A program made the position numbers and the translations under genes. Under the pieces are notes generated by a model. It searched no databases. It had not been told where the DNA came from and saw only the letters and a program-made list of their open reading frames with translations. Below are positions 49,535-60,036 of a stretch of 64,000 nt of DNA, in pieces (the first letter of the stretch is position 1; each line of letters opens with the position of its first letter). The DNA comes from Thermodesulfobacteriota bacterium (GTDB lineage Bacteria > Desulfobacterota > Desulfarculia > JACQYL01), in NCBI GenBank assembly GCA_963675595.2, contig CAXXLZ010000002.1, forward strand, positions 1,664,001 through 1,728,000, read 5' to 3'.

Positions 49535-50980
49535 ATGACTGGGCCCTCCCCCACACCTTCTCCCCCATCGGCCGGCAAATGGTGGATCGCCACCGGCATA
49601 GGCCTCGGCGTGCTCATGGCCACGGTGGACGCGAGCATTGTGAACGTTTCCCTGCCCACGGTGGCGCAATCCCTACACGCCGACTTCGCCGCGGTGCAAT
49701 GGGTGATCCTGAGCTATATCCTGATGCTGACCTCGCTCCTGCTCAGCATGGGCAGGCTCGGAGACCTGTTCGGCAAGAGACGCATCTACCTGCTGGGTCT
49801 CGCAGTGTTCACCACCGGATCTTTTCTGTGCGGAGCGGCCCCGACCGTGGGGTGGCTCACCGGCTTCCGTGCTTTCCAGGGAGTGGGCGCCGCCATGATG
49901 CAGGGGCTGGGCGCCGCCATCCTCACGGAGAGCTTCCCTCCGTCGGAACGCGGCAAGGCGCTGGGAATCATGGGAGCGGTGGTTTCCGTGGGCCTGGCCA
50001 TGGGTCCTCCCCTGGGCGGCATGATTATCGGACTGGCCGGCTGGCGGTGGATCTTCTACGTCAACGTTCCTCTAGGGTTCCTGGCGTGGATGGTTACGAT
50101 GCGGAACGTGCCCGAATCCGCCCCCCATGAAGGTTCCAAACGTTTCGACGCCGCCGGCGCCCTGCTCCTGCTGATGTTCTTGTGCAGTTACGCCGTGGCC
50201 ATGACCATGGGTCAGCGATGGGGGTATGCGAACGGCAAGACGCTCCTGTTCCTGGCCGCCGGCGTGATCTTTCTGGCTTCTTTCGTCATGGTGGAAAAAC
50301 GAATCCAAGCGCCCATGGTGGACCTCAATCTTTTCCGGAACGCCCTGTTCAGTCTGAATCTGCTCATGGGCCTGTTCGTCTTCATCGTTTTGGGCGGAAC
50401 GGTGATCCTTCCCTTCTATTTGGAACTCGTCCGACATTATCCCACCGAAAAGGTCGGACTGTTCATGGTGGTGGTTCCACTGACCATGGGCGCAATCGCG
50501 CCCGTGTCCGGAACTCTTTCCGACCATTGGGGTTCCCGCGGCATCAGTATCGCCGGACTGCTCGTGGTGGTGGTGGGTTGCCTCGCCTTGAACGGGCTGA
50601 CCACGCAAACCACCGGATGGGAATACATCCTTCGCATCATCCCTTTGGGCGTGGGTTTGGGATTGTTCCTTTCCCCCAACAACAGCGCCATCATGGGGGC
50701 CGCCCCCACAAAGCACCTCGGGGTGGCCTCGGGCCTCCTTTCCCTGTCCCGCACTTTGGGTCACGCTTCGGGCGTTCCCCTCATGGGAGCCGTTTTTTCC
50801 GCTCAAACGCTGGCCGTTGCGGGGCTTCCAGCCGGCTCGGACACCATCAGAGCCCCGGTATCCGCCATGGCGCGGGGGGTCGCCCATACGTTCGGCTTCG
50901 GCGCCGCCCTGGTGCTGCTTCCCACTTTGCTGGCCGTGGCGGCGTGGATCATCGACCGAAGGAACGGTGTCCGCGACTGA
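49535..50980 (+). CDS. MFS drug:H+ antiporter (DHA2, 14-TM)
   Basis: DASIVNVSLP, GRLGDLFGKRR, FPPSERGKA, WRWIFYVNVP. Confidence 0.92.
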   Translation: MTGPSPTPSPPSAGKWWIATGIGLGVLMATVDASIVNVSLPTVAQSLHADFAAVQWVILSYILMLTSLLLSMGRLGDLFGKRRIYLLGLAVFTTGSFLCGAAPTVGWLTGFRAFQGVGAAMMQGLGAAILTESFPPSERGKALGIMGAVVSVGLAMGPPLGGMIIGLAGWRWIFYVNVPLGFLAWMVTMRNVPESAPHEGSKRFDAAGALLLLMFLCSYAVAMTMGQRWGYANGKTLLFLAAGVIFLASFVMVEKRIQAPMVDLNLFRNALFSLNLLMGLFVFIVLGGTVILPFYLELVRHYPTEKVGLFMVVVPLTMGAIAPVSGTLSDHWGSRGISIAGLLVVVVGCLALNGLTTQTTGWEYILRIIPLGVGLGLFLSPNNSAIMGAAPTKHLGVASGLLSLSRTLGHASGVPLMGAVFSAQTLAVAGLPAGSDTIRAPVSAMARGVAHTFGFGAALVLLPTLLAVAAWIIDRRNGVRD

Positions 50981-51106
50981 CGCCGCGCCTCTGTTCCATT
51001 GTCGGTCATGATTCGGGGGAGAAGCAACGCTCCCCCGAAAACCCTGCGAATAAGAACCGTTTCCGTGAAATCGACTCCCCGTCCCCCGCTCGTTTGAAAT
51101 GAGCAT

Positions 51107-51226
51107 TCAGAGGGGTATCCGAGGGAACCCTTTTTAACAACTTTAGGCATCTTAGCATGTTGGACGGTACATACTGCTCGTTTTGCAAATTTCCTAAGCG
51201 ATTCGCACGATCGAAACGGGGGTCCG
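51107..51226 (+). repeat. Intergenic repeat, copy B
   Basis: Imperfect direct copy of 48331-48478. Confidence 0.7.
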
Positions 51227-51489
51227 TTCCTTCCGGGACGAAGCCGAGCTTGGGAACCTCTTTGCCGATTCAGCAGATGTAACAAGCGTTGGGAATGAGT
51301 GAGGAAACGTGAATGCATACCGTTTGAAATCCCCCCCGACGCAGCCCGTAATCCGGGCCCAAACCCGAGGCTTGACTTCTCCGAAGGGACCATGATAGGG
51401 GATCGTGGACTGAATGAGCACTCATTTTCTATCGTGGAGACTTACCGGCATCGAGAGCGTCATCTCGGCCGTCTTACAAGGAGTTGGAC

Positions 51490-52641
51490 ATGGCACAAAT
51501 TCCGTTTTACGAAGTCAACGAGGCCATCGTTGCCATGGGGGGAGAGGACCTCAACCTTTGTATGCAGTGCGGAACCTGCTCGGGAACCTGTCCCTGGCGT
51601 CTTGTGGACGGGGAATTCTTTACCCGGCAAATGATCCGCATGGGTCAACTCGGCCTGGAAGGGTACGAATCCGACGATATTCTGTACGGCTGCACCACCT
51701 GCGGCCTCTGTCCCGAAAGATGCCCTCGCGGAGTCAAGATCATCGACGTGATGCGCGCCATGCGAAGCCTGATCGCCGAGGCGGGCGCCATCCCCGCCGG
51801 TTTGAAGACGGTCCTGGGAAGCGTCCACGGTAAAGGCAACCCCTGGTCCGAAGACCGCGAAAAGCGCGTATCCTGGACCGAGGGTCTGGATGTCCCCACT
51901 TTCTCCGAAGGCATGGAATATTTCCTTTCCATATGCTGTACTTCGGCTTACGATGTTCGCTCCCGGAAGATCGCCAAAGCCCTGGCGGGTATCCTGAACA
52001 CGGCCGGCGTCGGATACGGCATCATCGGCAACGAGGAAAGCTGTTGCGCCGAATCGGTCCGCAAGATCGGGGACGAAGAGTTGTTCGGAAAGATGGTGGA
52101 AAAGAATTCCCAGCTGCTCTCCGACCGAGGCGTGAAGCGGATGATCGTCAATTCTCCTCACTGCTTGTACACCTATCGGGAAGAATATCCCGCTATGGGT
52201 GGAGAATTCGAGCCGCGCCACCACACGGAAATCATTGCCGAGCTCATTGAATCCGGGAAGATCAAATTGGAAAAACCGATGGAAGCCAAGATCACTTTCC
52301 ATGATCCTTGTTACCTGGGCAGACACAGCGGGCTTTATGACGTACCCCGCAAGATTATCCAGGCGATCCCCGGCGCCGAACTGGTGGAAATGGGAAGAAA
52401 TCGGCATAACAGCCTCTGCTGCGGGGCCGGAGGCGGCCGTCTGTGGATGGAAACCGCCCCGGAACAACGTTTTTCCGACCTGAGAGTTCGAGAGGCGGCC
52501 GCCACCGGCGCCCAAATCCTCGCCACGGCGTGTCCCTACTGCGTCAGTATGCTCGAGGACAGCCTCAAGTCCACCAACCTGGAAGACACGCTAAAGGTGA
52601 TGGATGTGGCCGAACTGACGGCCTCCTGCATGGGACTCTGA
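51490..52641 (+). CDS. HdrD/GlpC-like Fe-S oxidoreductase (ferredoxin plus two CCG domains)
   Basis: Two CxxCxxCxxxCP motifs, ESCC, HDPCYLGR, CCGAGGG, TACPYC. Confidence 0.9.
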   Translation: MAQIPFYEVNEAIVAMGGEDLNLCMQCGTCSGTCPWRLVDGEFFTRQMIRMGQLGLEGYESDDILYGCTTCGLCPERCPRGVKIIDVMRAMRSLIAEAGAIPAGLKTVLGSVHGKGNPWSEDREKRVSWTEGLDVPTFSEGMEYFLSICCTSAYDVRSRKIAKALAGILNTAGVGYGIIGNEESCCAESVRKIGDEELFGKMVEKNSQLLSDRGVKRMIVNSPHCLYTYREEYPAMGGEFEPRHHTEIIAELIESGKIKLEKPMEAKITFHDPCYLGRHSGLYDVPRKIIQAIPGAELVEMGRNRHNSLCCGAGGGRLWMETAPEQRFSDLRVREAAATGAQILATACPYCVSMLEDSLKSTNLEDTLKVMDVAELTASCMGL

Positions 52642-53034
52642 TCTCGGGGAAGAGGAAACCGCCCTGCACCGTCCCGGGGAAATTCGGTATCTTTTTCCCG
52701 GGACCTACAAATAATGGGGATTACTTTCCCGAAAGATGGATCCCCGAACCTGAAAAAAGAACGCTGCGCGAGACCGAATCCTGCGAGGCACAGCGATTTC
52801 GGGAAGATAGGCACGCATCTTGCATAAGTGTAATACAAAGGGCCTGAAGGCTGAAGCATTTGCATGAGAGTACACGAACTCCCGGAAATGTCGGAGTGGT
52901 AAGTGGTGCAATCGGAGAGCGTGGTGGATCTGAATTGTAACCCCGGGGACGGCCAGGTGATCTACCCGGCGACTTCGGGGAACACGGCAAACCTTCCCAG
53001 CACGGGAAGCAGGGTCGGACCGGAGAAGGGTCAG

Positions 53035-53187
53035 ATGGCCAAAGAAGAAAACGCTCTTGTCAGGGAAACGCTGGTCTGTCCCCGTTGCGGCATGAAAATT
53101 CTTTTCTGCCGCATGGACATCAAGCAGTTTCGCTGTGCCTGTGGGCGGGTGTTCTCATCCCACCCTCAGGAGATGCAAGAGAAGTAG
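53035..53187 (+). CDS. Small zinc-ribbon protein
   Basis: CPRCG...CACG; purine-rich RBS. Confidence 0.5.
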   Translation: MAKEENALVRETLVCPRCGMKILFCRMDIKQFRCACGRVFSSHPQEMQEK

Positions 53188-53400
53188 ATTTCGGCCGGAT
53201 CCGGCCGGTGACGGCCGGGAACAGCCGTCGGATTCCTCCCGCACTTTCCTCGAGTCGGCGGCGCCCCTCACTCTACTCGAGCGAAACAAGGAAGAACAGG
53301 CTTTCGACTCAACCTTCGCACCTCGCAGCCGATCCGTTTGTTTTCGACATCTTTCTCAATCCTTTCCATAAAATAGCCTCTCTCATCAAAGCGGGTTTAC

Positions 53401-54633
53401 ATGCAAGTCTCGAAGTTCATCGGTTTTGACGAGGCGTTACGGTTCGTCGTCGAAAACGTTCGCCCATCGAAGCCGGAAACGATCCCCCTTTCAGAAGGGG
53501 TCGGTTTCGTGATCGCCGAGGCCCTCCAGGCCCGTGTGAGCTGCCCTTCCCTGGCGTCTTCGTTAAAGGACGGTTACGCGGTGGTTTCCAAAGACGTGGA
53601 GAACGCTTCGGATGGGATTCCTTCGCGGCTTCGGGTGATCGGACGAATGGAAGCCGGAACCGGGGATCGTCTCTCCATCACCTCCGGACATGCCGTGGAA
53701 GTGACCACCGGAGCTCCCCTACCGGAGGGAGCGGACGCCGTTTTGGCGGTGGAGTTCACCCACCGAGAGGGCGACGAAATCAGCTGTTACCGCGACGCCG
53801 GCCCGGGGAGAAACATCCTCGCCGCCGGAGCCGATGCGGCGTTGGGTGAAATCGTGGCGATCAAGGGCACCCGCCTGACCCCGCCTCTGGTGGGCCTGGC
53901 CGCGGCCTCCGGCGTGGACCGTGTCTCCGTGTTCCCACGCCCCAAGGTGTCGGTACTGGCCACCGGAACGGAAATCGTGGCTCCGGGCCTGCCGTTGCGC
54001 CCGGGTCAGCTTTACGCGAGCAACATGGTGACCCTCCGTTCCTGGCTCAAGCAGTTCAATATGGAGTGTTCCTGCCTGATCGCTCCCGACGAGGCGGAAG
54101 CCATCCGCGACGCCGCCCGGCGAGCCGTTGAAGTTTCCGACGTATTGATTACCAGCGGCGGCGCCTGGAAGAGCGATCGCGACCTTACCGTCAATGTGCT
54201 TCGCGACATGGGTCTCGAACTCCTTTTCCGGCGAGTCCGCATGGGACCGGGCAAGGCGGCGGCTTTCGGATTCATCAAGGACACACCCGTCTTCTGCCTG
54301 CCCGGCGGTCCTCCTTCCAACGAGATGGCCTTCCTGCAGCTGGCGCTACCCGGACTCTTGGCCATGGCCGGCCTTCCCTCCGCACCTTTTTCAACACTCG
54401 AGGCGATTCTGACGGAAGAGGTGTCGGGCGACGAAGATTGGACCCAGTTCATCCACGCGGACTGGGTCGACCAAGATCGCCGGCGGCACGTGACGCCCAT
54501 TGGTCTGACCAGTCGGCTGCAGTCCCAGGCTCGGGCAACGGCCTTGATTCGCATCCCGGAGGGAACCACGAATTTCCGAAAAGGGGAGGAAATCGAAATC
54601 CAAATTTTGCATCGACCTATGGGTTTGTGCTAA
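53401..54633 (+). CDS. moeA: Molybdopterin molybdotransferase
   Basis: SLKDGYAV, TGAPLPEGADAV, ATGTEI, ITSGG, PGK, CLPG. Confidence 0.9.
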   Translation: MQVSKFIGFDEALRFVVENVRPSKPETIPLSEGVGFVIAEALQARVSCPSLASSLKDGYAVVSKDVENASDGIPSRLRVIGRMEAGTGDRLSITSGHAVEVTTGAPLPEGADAVLAVEFTHREGDEISCYRDAGPGRNILAAGADAALGEIVAIKGTRLTPPLVGLAAASGVDRVSVFPRPKVSVLATGTEIVAPGLPLRPGQLYASNMVTLRSWLKQFNMECSCLIAPDEAEAIRDAARRAVEVSDVLITSGGAWKSDRDLTVNVLRDMGLELLFRRVRMGPGKAAAFGFIKDTPVFCLPGGPPSNEMAFLQLALPGLLAMAGLPSAPFSTLEAILTEEVSGDEDWTQFIHADWVDQDRRRHVTPIGLTSRLQSQARATALIRIPEGTTNFRKGEEIEIQILHRPMGLC

Positions 54634-54726
54634 TTTTCTAAGTCACCCTAAAATTATTCGGCCGGTGTGAGGCGTTGCCTCAAGCTCGACACTGTAGTCC
54701 GGCCGACCCGTTGGGAGGCTGTTTTC

Positions 54727-55251
54727 GTGGTGCGTCCGTCCATAGTAGGCATCGTGGGCAAATCGGACTCGGGGAAGACCACCCTGATCGAAAAGCTCGT
54801 TCCGGAGCTGAACCGCAGGGGGCTGCGCGTGGGTACCGTCAAGCACGACGTCCACGGGTTCGAAATGGACAGGGAGGGGAAGGACAGCTATCGCCACAAG
54901 CATAGCGGGGCCCGAATCAGCCTCATTTCCTCCCCATCCCGCATCGGCATGGTACGGGACGTGGAGCGAGATCATACCGTGAAGGAACTGGCGGAACGGT
55001 ATTTCGACGACGTGGACCTGATTTTGACCGAGGGGTACAAAAGGGAGCACATGCCCAAGGTGGAAGTGCACCGAAAAGAACTGATGAGAGGCCTGTTGAG
55101 TTCGCCCGAGGACGGACTCATCGCTTTGGCCACGAACGAACCTTTGCGGGTGGAGGTCCCCTCCTTTGATTTGGAGGACGCCCCCGGTCTCACCCAATTC
55201 CTCATCGACTATTTCCAGCTGAAGTCGGGAGACTCGGATCATGAAAAGTAA
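54727..55251 (+). CDS. mobB: Molybdopterin-guanine dinucleotide biosynthesis protein B
   Basis: GKSDSGKTT, VKHDVH, D.EGKDS, EGYK. Confidence 0.92.
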   Translation: MVRPSIVGIVGKSDSGKTTLIEKLVPELNRRGLRVGTVKHDVHGFEMDREGKDSYRHKHSGARISLISSPSRIGMVRDVERDHTVKELAERYFDDVDLILTEGYKREHMPKVEVHRKELMRGLLSSPEDGLIALATNEPLRVEVPSFDLEDAPGLTQFLIDYFQLKSGDSDHEK

Positions 55252-55675
55252 GGAAGAAGGTACGCACTCTACAAAGGCCGATCCCGGTGGTTCTCCCGAC
55301 CCGGAACTCGCCGACGCGTTGCGCGCGAAAAGTCCGGATGGGAGAATCGGTTGCGCTCAGGCGTTCGACACGGCCCGGTCCACGGGTCGCTCCCCCGCCG
55401 TGGTGGGGAAGGCGCTGGACGACCTGGAAATCCGCATTACCCGCTGCCAACTGGGACTCTTCGGATACACGCCGAACAAGAAAGTGGTGGAACCGGCCGG
55501 GGAAGCTCTCCCGGATATTGAGAAGGACGTGCTGGCGGCGTTGGTAAACAATGCGCTTCCCTGCGGTCGAGCATGGGAGATCGCTTCGCTTCACCGCACA
55601 CCCAAAATGACGGTTTCCGCCGTGTGCGAGCGTCTGGGGATCAAAATCTCCCCTTGCCAACTTGGAGCTTTTTGA
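55241..55675 (+). CDS. Conserved hypothetical protein with duplicated Cys motif
   Basis: Two repeats ending CQLGLF / CQLGAF. Confidence 0.75.
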   Translation: MKSKEEGTHSTKADPGGSPDPELADALRAKSPDGRIGCAQAFDTARSTGRSPAVVGKALDDLEIRITRCQLGLFGYTPNKKVVEPAGEALPDIEKDVLAALVNNALPCGRAWEIASLHRTPKMTVSAVCERLGIKISPCQLGAF

Positions 55676-55788
55676 GCTACCAAGAGACGCTCCTTGGAAT
55701 GCGGACAGAGTGACGATCAGGAGATTCTCGGCCGGACTTTTCACTACACAACAACTGCGGATGAACTTCGACGCCGAGCGGTGAACGC

Positions 55789-57003
55789 ATGGAAATCAAC
55801 CCTGAACAAATAAAAAAAGCGGATATCGTTTTCTGTATCCCTTCCAGGAACCTTGCGGGTTCAATATTCAGAACCGCGGAAATCGCTTCCATCGGACTTG
55901 TAAATTATTTCGGGCACTTGAATTCCGTAATCGTCAACTGCGATTGGGGCTCCACGGATCGGACGCCGGACCTCTTTTTGGAGGCGCCCACCGAAGTTCC
56001 CAAGATATCCCTTCGGCCCGAAGGGGGGATTACCAATCGCGGCGATTGCTTCAGGGAACTGTTCCGCAAGGCTCTGGATCTGGGAGCTACGGCCGTGTTG
56101 GTGGCGGGCGCCGCCTCTCGGAACCTCACTCCCGACTGGATTCACCAAATGGGCGCTCCCCTGCTGGATTCTTTCGAGTACGTGTCGCCCCTGTATGTCC
56201 GGCACAAGTATGACGGCTTGGTCAACAATAATCTGGTTTATCCCATGACCCGCGCCCTGTACGGAAGGAGGATCCGGCAGCCCATTGCCGGAGAATCCGC
56301 GTTCAGCGGGCGACTTGCGGAGTTGTTCCAGAAATGCAATGGTTGTGATCGGGACGGAATGGGTCCCGGGGTCGACCTGTGGATGGCCACCCTCGCCCTC
56401 AGCAGAAACGCCGCCTGTTGTCAGGCGTTCCTGGGTTGCCCCAAACCGGGCTCCTCTTCCGTGAACGGCGTCTATTCGGAATCGCTCTTCAGAGAGCTGG
56501 TGGAGACCATGTTCAACCTGATGATCGACAACGAGTCATTCTGGGAAAGAGTCAAATGGAGCAGGCCTACCGCTGTTTGGCGTAACGGGGGAAGCCGTCC
56601 GGAGCTCACTCCCCCCGAGCCTAAGGTGGAAGATCCCGATGAACTTTTCGACCGGTTCCGGGAAGCGTTCCCTCTTTATGCCGAATTATGGCGAAAAGTG
56701 TTCAAAGAAGATGTGCGCCGGGAACTGGATCACATCAGGGATTCACCCAAATCCCATGTGGAGTTCCCAGCCAACCTCTGGGCAAGAGTTCTTTTCGACT
56801 CCGCCGTGGCGTATCGGCAGAGCACGGAGATAAGGGATGAACTTGTGGCGTCCCTCCGCTTCCTTTATTTCGGGAAAGCATCCTCCTACATGAAACAAAC
56901 CGACCGCATGACTTCCGCACAGGCCGAATTGTTTGTGGAACAGGAGTGCGACGTCTTCGAGGAAGTCAAATCCTATCTCATCCGAAGGTGGAAAGGAGAC
57001 TAA
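55789..57003 (+). CDS. GT2-family glycosyltransferase (glucosylglycerate synthase-like)
   Basis: D.GSTD.T, PLYVRHKYDG, YGRRIRQPI.GE. Confidence 0.75.
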   Translation: MEINPEQIKKADIVFCIPSRNLAGSIFRTAEIASIGLVNYFGHLNSVIVNCDWGSTDRTPDLFLEAPTEVPKISLRPEGGITNRGDCFRELFRKALDLGATAVLVAGAASRNLTPDWIHQMGAPLLDSFEYVSPLYVRHKYDGLVNNNLVYPMTRALYGRRIRQPIAGESAFSGRLAELFQKCNGCDRDGMGPGVDLWMATLALSRNAACCQAFLGCPKPGSSSVNGVYSESLFRELVETMFNLMIDNESFWERVKWSRPTAVWRNGGSRPELTPPEPKVEDPDELFDRFREAFPLYAELWRKVFKEDVRRELDHIRDSPKSHVEFPANLWARVLFDSAVAYRQSTEIRDELVASLRFLYFGKASSYMKQTDRMTSAQAELFVEQECDVFEEVKSYLIRRWKGD

Positions 57004-57393
57004 ATGGCCAAGATACTCATCGTGGATGACGAAGAGCACATAAGGCTCCTCTATTCCGAAGAATTGAAAGAGGAAGGGTACGAGGTCATCACCGCCGACA
57101 GCGGGTACAAGCTCATCGAAACCATCCAGGAGCAAGAGCCGGATCTCGTGGTTCTCGACATCAAAATGGTCGATTACAACGGCCTGGACCTGCTTCAGGA
57201 TATTCGCAACAAGTACTATGATCTCCCGGTGGTCCTTTGTACCGCCTATGATGCCTTCAAAGAGGACATCAAGAGCGTGGCGGCCGACTTCTATGTCGTC
57301 AAGTCCTTCGACTTGACCGAACTGAAACAGAAGATCGCCAAGGCTTTGGAGGCGAGAATCCCGGCGCCCACGCCTGAAGAGAAGGAAAAGTAA
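57004..57393 (+). CDS. Single-domain response regulator
   Basis: ILIVDDE, LVVLDIKM, CTAY. Confidence 0.92.
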   Translation: MAKILIVDDEEHIRLLYSEELKEEGYEVITADSGYKLIETIQEQEPDLVVLDIKMVDYNGLDLLQDIRNKYYDLPVVLCTAYDAFKEDIKSVAADFYVVKSFDLTELKQKIAKALEARIPAPTPEEKEK

Positions 57394-57396
57394 TCC

Positions 57397-58476
57397 TTAT
57401 TGCGGCAGGTAGGAAAACATGGTCAGTCCACCGAAAAAGAAGATCAAGTTGGCCAGCCAAGCCGCGAACATGGGAGGAAGCAACCCCGAATGGCCTAAGG
57501 ACAACGCCAGGCTGAGCAGGACCCAATAGGTGAAGGCGAGTCCGATGCTCATGCCGACTCCGGCAGCCACCGCTGCTCCTCCCCGTTGACGAAGGGCAAG
57601 GGCAAACCCGGTCAAGGTCATGATGACGCAAACAAACGGAAGGGCGACCTTGGCGTCCAAATCCACAACGTATTTTGATGCGTCATAGCCGTCGCTCTCG
57701 ATTTTTTGTATGTAGCTTTTCAGCTCGGTGAAGCTCAACTCTTCCGGGTTTCGGATGATGTGGCGAAAATCGTCGGGTTTTTCGTGGAGGTTGAGCCTCA
57801 GCTGCGCGAATTTCTCGGAATGCATCGCACCATCCCGTTCCAGATTCTGTTTGAGCCCCTCATAGAAAACCCAATCGTTGCCGTCCCATCGAGCTTCCCG
57901 CGCATCGATTCGTTGCGTCAGTCCGAAAGGTTGCCCAAATCGGTATAGCGTCACGCCTTTGAGCGCTTGGGTCGCTTGGTCGTACAGCGTCACATGGTAG
58001 ATGACGTCCCGGCCCCTGTACCAGAAACGCTCGTTCCGAAAGAACGTGTTCAAGGGGCGTTTCTGCACTTCGATGTTCCAGATGTGGTTCATCCGCCGGC
58101 TTGCCGCGGGCAACACATTTTCGTTCAGAAAAAACATGCCGAAAGAAAGGCAAAGGCTCACGAGCAGATAGGGCACGAAGAGACGATATAGACTGATGCC
58201 GTTGCCCCTGAAAACGACGATCTCACGATTCCGCGCCATTGCACTCAAAGAGAGAATGGCACCCATGAGGATCGCCGCGGGCGTGAGTTGCTGAATCATC
58301 AAAGGAAGCTTGAGTATCAGGAATTCGCCCAACCGCCAGAGAGATACCTTCGCTTCAATGAAATTGTCCACAATCTCAAAGAAATCCACCAGGACATAGA
58401 TGCAGATAAACGCGGCCATGCAGAGACCGAACAGCTTCAGCAGCTCATGCACCAGATATCTGGAAATCACATTCAC
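57397..58476 (-). CDS. lptG: LPS export ABC transporter permease LptG
   Basis: ISRY...VDFFE, EIVVFRGNGIS, LGHSGLLPP..AAW.AN. Confidence 0.85.
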   Translation of the reverse strand: MNVISRYLVHELLKLFGLCMAAFICIYVLVDFFEIVDNFIEAKVSLWRLGEFLILKLPLMIQQLTPAAILMGAILSLSAMARNREIVVFRGNGISLYRLFVPYLLVSLCLSFGMFFLNENVLPAASRRMNHIWNIEVQKRPLNTFFRNERFWYRGRDVIYHVTLYDQATQALKGVTLYRFGQPFGLTQRIDAREARWDGNDWVFYEGLKQNLERDGAMHSEKFAQLRLNLHEKPDDFRHIIRNPEELSFTELKSYIQKIESDGYDASKYVVDLDAKVALPFVCVIMTLTGFALALRQRGGAAVAAGVGMSIGLAFTYWVLLSLALSLGHSGLLPPMFAAWLANLIFFFGGLTMFSYLPQ

Positions 58477-58762
58477 TTGCTTCCTCCAGCCGGCAGGTTA
58501 TATCACGATTGTTCCGCCATACCAATCCTCCTTGGGCGTGTGTGGCGGAAGCTCGGGAAAGGCAACGCGGATCAAACGCCTCCGTAAGAGGCGCAGGAGT
58601 TTGTAGCCGAAGATATCCGCGGGAGGCGATCTCCGGCATTGTTCGAGACAGGCCTGATGGGTGCGGCGAATCCCGAAAGATCGTCGGCCGACGGGGCCTC
58701 GAATGCCAATGAATTCCCCCGATCCGGGGGCTTGCGATTACCAAAGCGGAACGGACAAGAAT

Positions 58763-59830
58763 ATGCGGAACACCTTGCCGGTACAAGAGAAAACCATTCG
58801 CGAAGAAATCGAGGAATTGGAGGGAAGAGAGCTTTCACCTTTCGCCGCGTTGAGTGCCCGCACGCAGGGACGACTGCACCCGGAACCGGAATGCGATCTC
58901 CGCCCTGCGTATCAACATGATAGGGACCGAATCGTTCATTCCAAAGCCTTTCGACGGTTGAAGCACAAGACCCAGGTTTTCCTCGCGCCCACCGGAGATC
59001 ACTACCGAACACGACTGACCCACACACTCGAGGTGTCACAGATCGCCCGGACGGTGGCCCGCTGTTTGCGCCTTAACGAGTCCCTGACCGAGGCCGTCGC
59101 ATTGGGACACGATCTGGGACATACCCCCTTCGGCCACGCCGGTGAAGACGTTTTGAACCGCATCGTGCCCGGAGGTTTCACACATCACCGCCAGAGTCTT
59201 CGGGTCGTGGACGAGTTGGAGCGCGGCGGCCGCGGCCTGAATCTCACCATGGAGGTCAGGGACGGAATTCTGAAACACTCCAAAGGCAAAGGGCCCATTC
59301 TTTCCCCCTCCAAAGAAAACAGCCCCATGACCCTTGAGGGCCAAGTGGTGCGCGTCGCCGACATCATCGCCTACATCTGCCACGATATCGAGGACGCCGA
59401 GCGTGGGGGCGTGGTGGAACGCGGCCACATCCCGAAAGCCTGCATAAAGCTCCTGGGCGACACCAGCTCTCGGCGGATCGATGCCATGGTTCGTGATGTG
59501 GTGGGATGCACCCGAAAGGCCGACGACGGATGCCTTCACATGAGCGACGCGGTCATGGAGGCCATGTCGGAATTGCGGGAATTCCTATACGTTCATGTGT
59601 ACCAGGTTTCCTGGATTCGCAGCAATTTTCAGCGTGCCACTAAGATTCTTTCCGAATTGTACGATTCTTTTCTTAACGACGACCACTGGTTTGCCGAAGA
59701 AATCGGTCCGCAGAATGGAGAGATTCAAAGACACCGGATGGTCTGTGATTTCATTGCGGGCATGACGGACCGTTACGCTTTGGACCTGTATGAAAGAATC
59801 TTCCTGCCCAAGCCTTGGAAGGTTCTTTGA
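58763..59830 (+). CDS. dgt: Deoxyguanosinetriphosphate triphosphohydrolase-like protein
   Basis: [45 protein letters not shown]. Confidence 0.92.
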   Translation: MRNTLPVQEKTIREEIEELEGRELSPFAALSARTQGRLHPEPECDLRPAYQHDRDRIVHSKAFRRLKHKTQVFLAPTGDHYRTRLTHTLEVSQIARTVARCLRLNESLTEAVALGHDLGHTPFGHAGEDVLNRIVPGGFTHHRQSLRVVDELERGGRGLNLTMEVRDGILKHSKGKGPILSPSKENSPMTLEGQVVRVADIIAYICHDIEDAERGGVVERGHIPKACIKLLGDTSSRRIDAMVRDVVGCTRKADDGCLHMSDAVMEAMSELREFLYVHVYQVSWIRSNFQRATKILSELYDSFLNDDHWFAEEIGPQNGEIQRHRMVCDFIAGMTDRYALDLYERIFLPKPWKVL

Positions 59831-60036
59831 AAACGCCGCTGCTTGACGCATTTGAAGCTCCTGTGATAGACGGCGTGAAGATCATTCGGGAAGCCCTCTT
59901 CGATGGTCGGCTGCAGATTTCAAGCAGGTCCTTGAGGCGGATGAACCGTAGCGGTAAACCCTTGCCGGACCCAAGGGAGAACATGCGCGATCCTATCCGG
60001 CCGACCGAATCTCCTCCCTGATTGGGGGAAGCAATC

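Noticed and set aside
48411-51106. Long alternative ORFs 48411-49502, 50072-51106 and 50182-51102
   Set aside because: GC-rich shadow frames of the ZIP and MFS genes
52650-53400. Moco or c-di-GMP riboswitch upstream of moeA
   Set aside because: Only isolated hairpins; conserved aptamer motifs could not be matched by eye (needs an Rfam scan)
59831-60030. 6S RNA-like ncRNA between dgt and the acidic gene
   Set aside because: No long self-complementary rod could be traced
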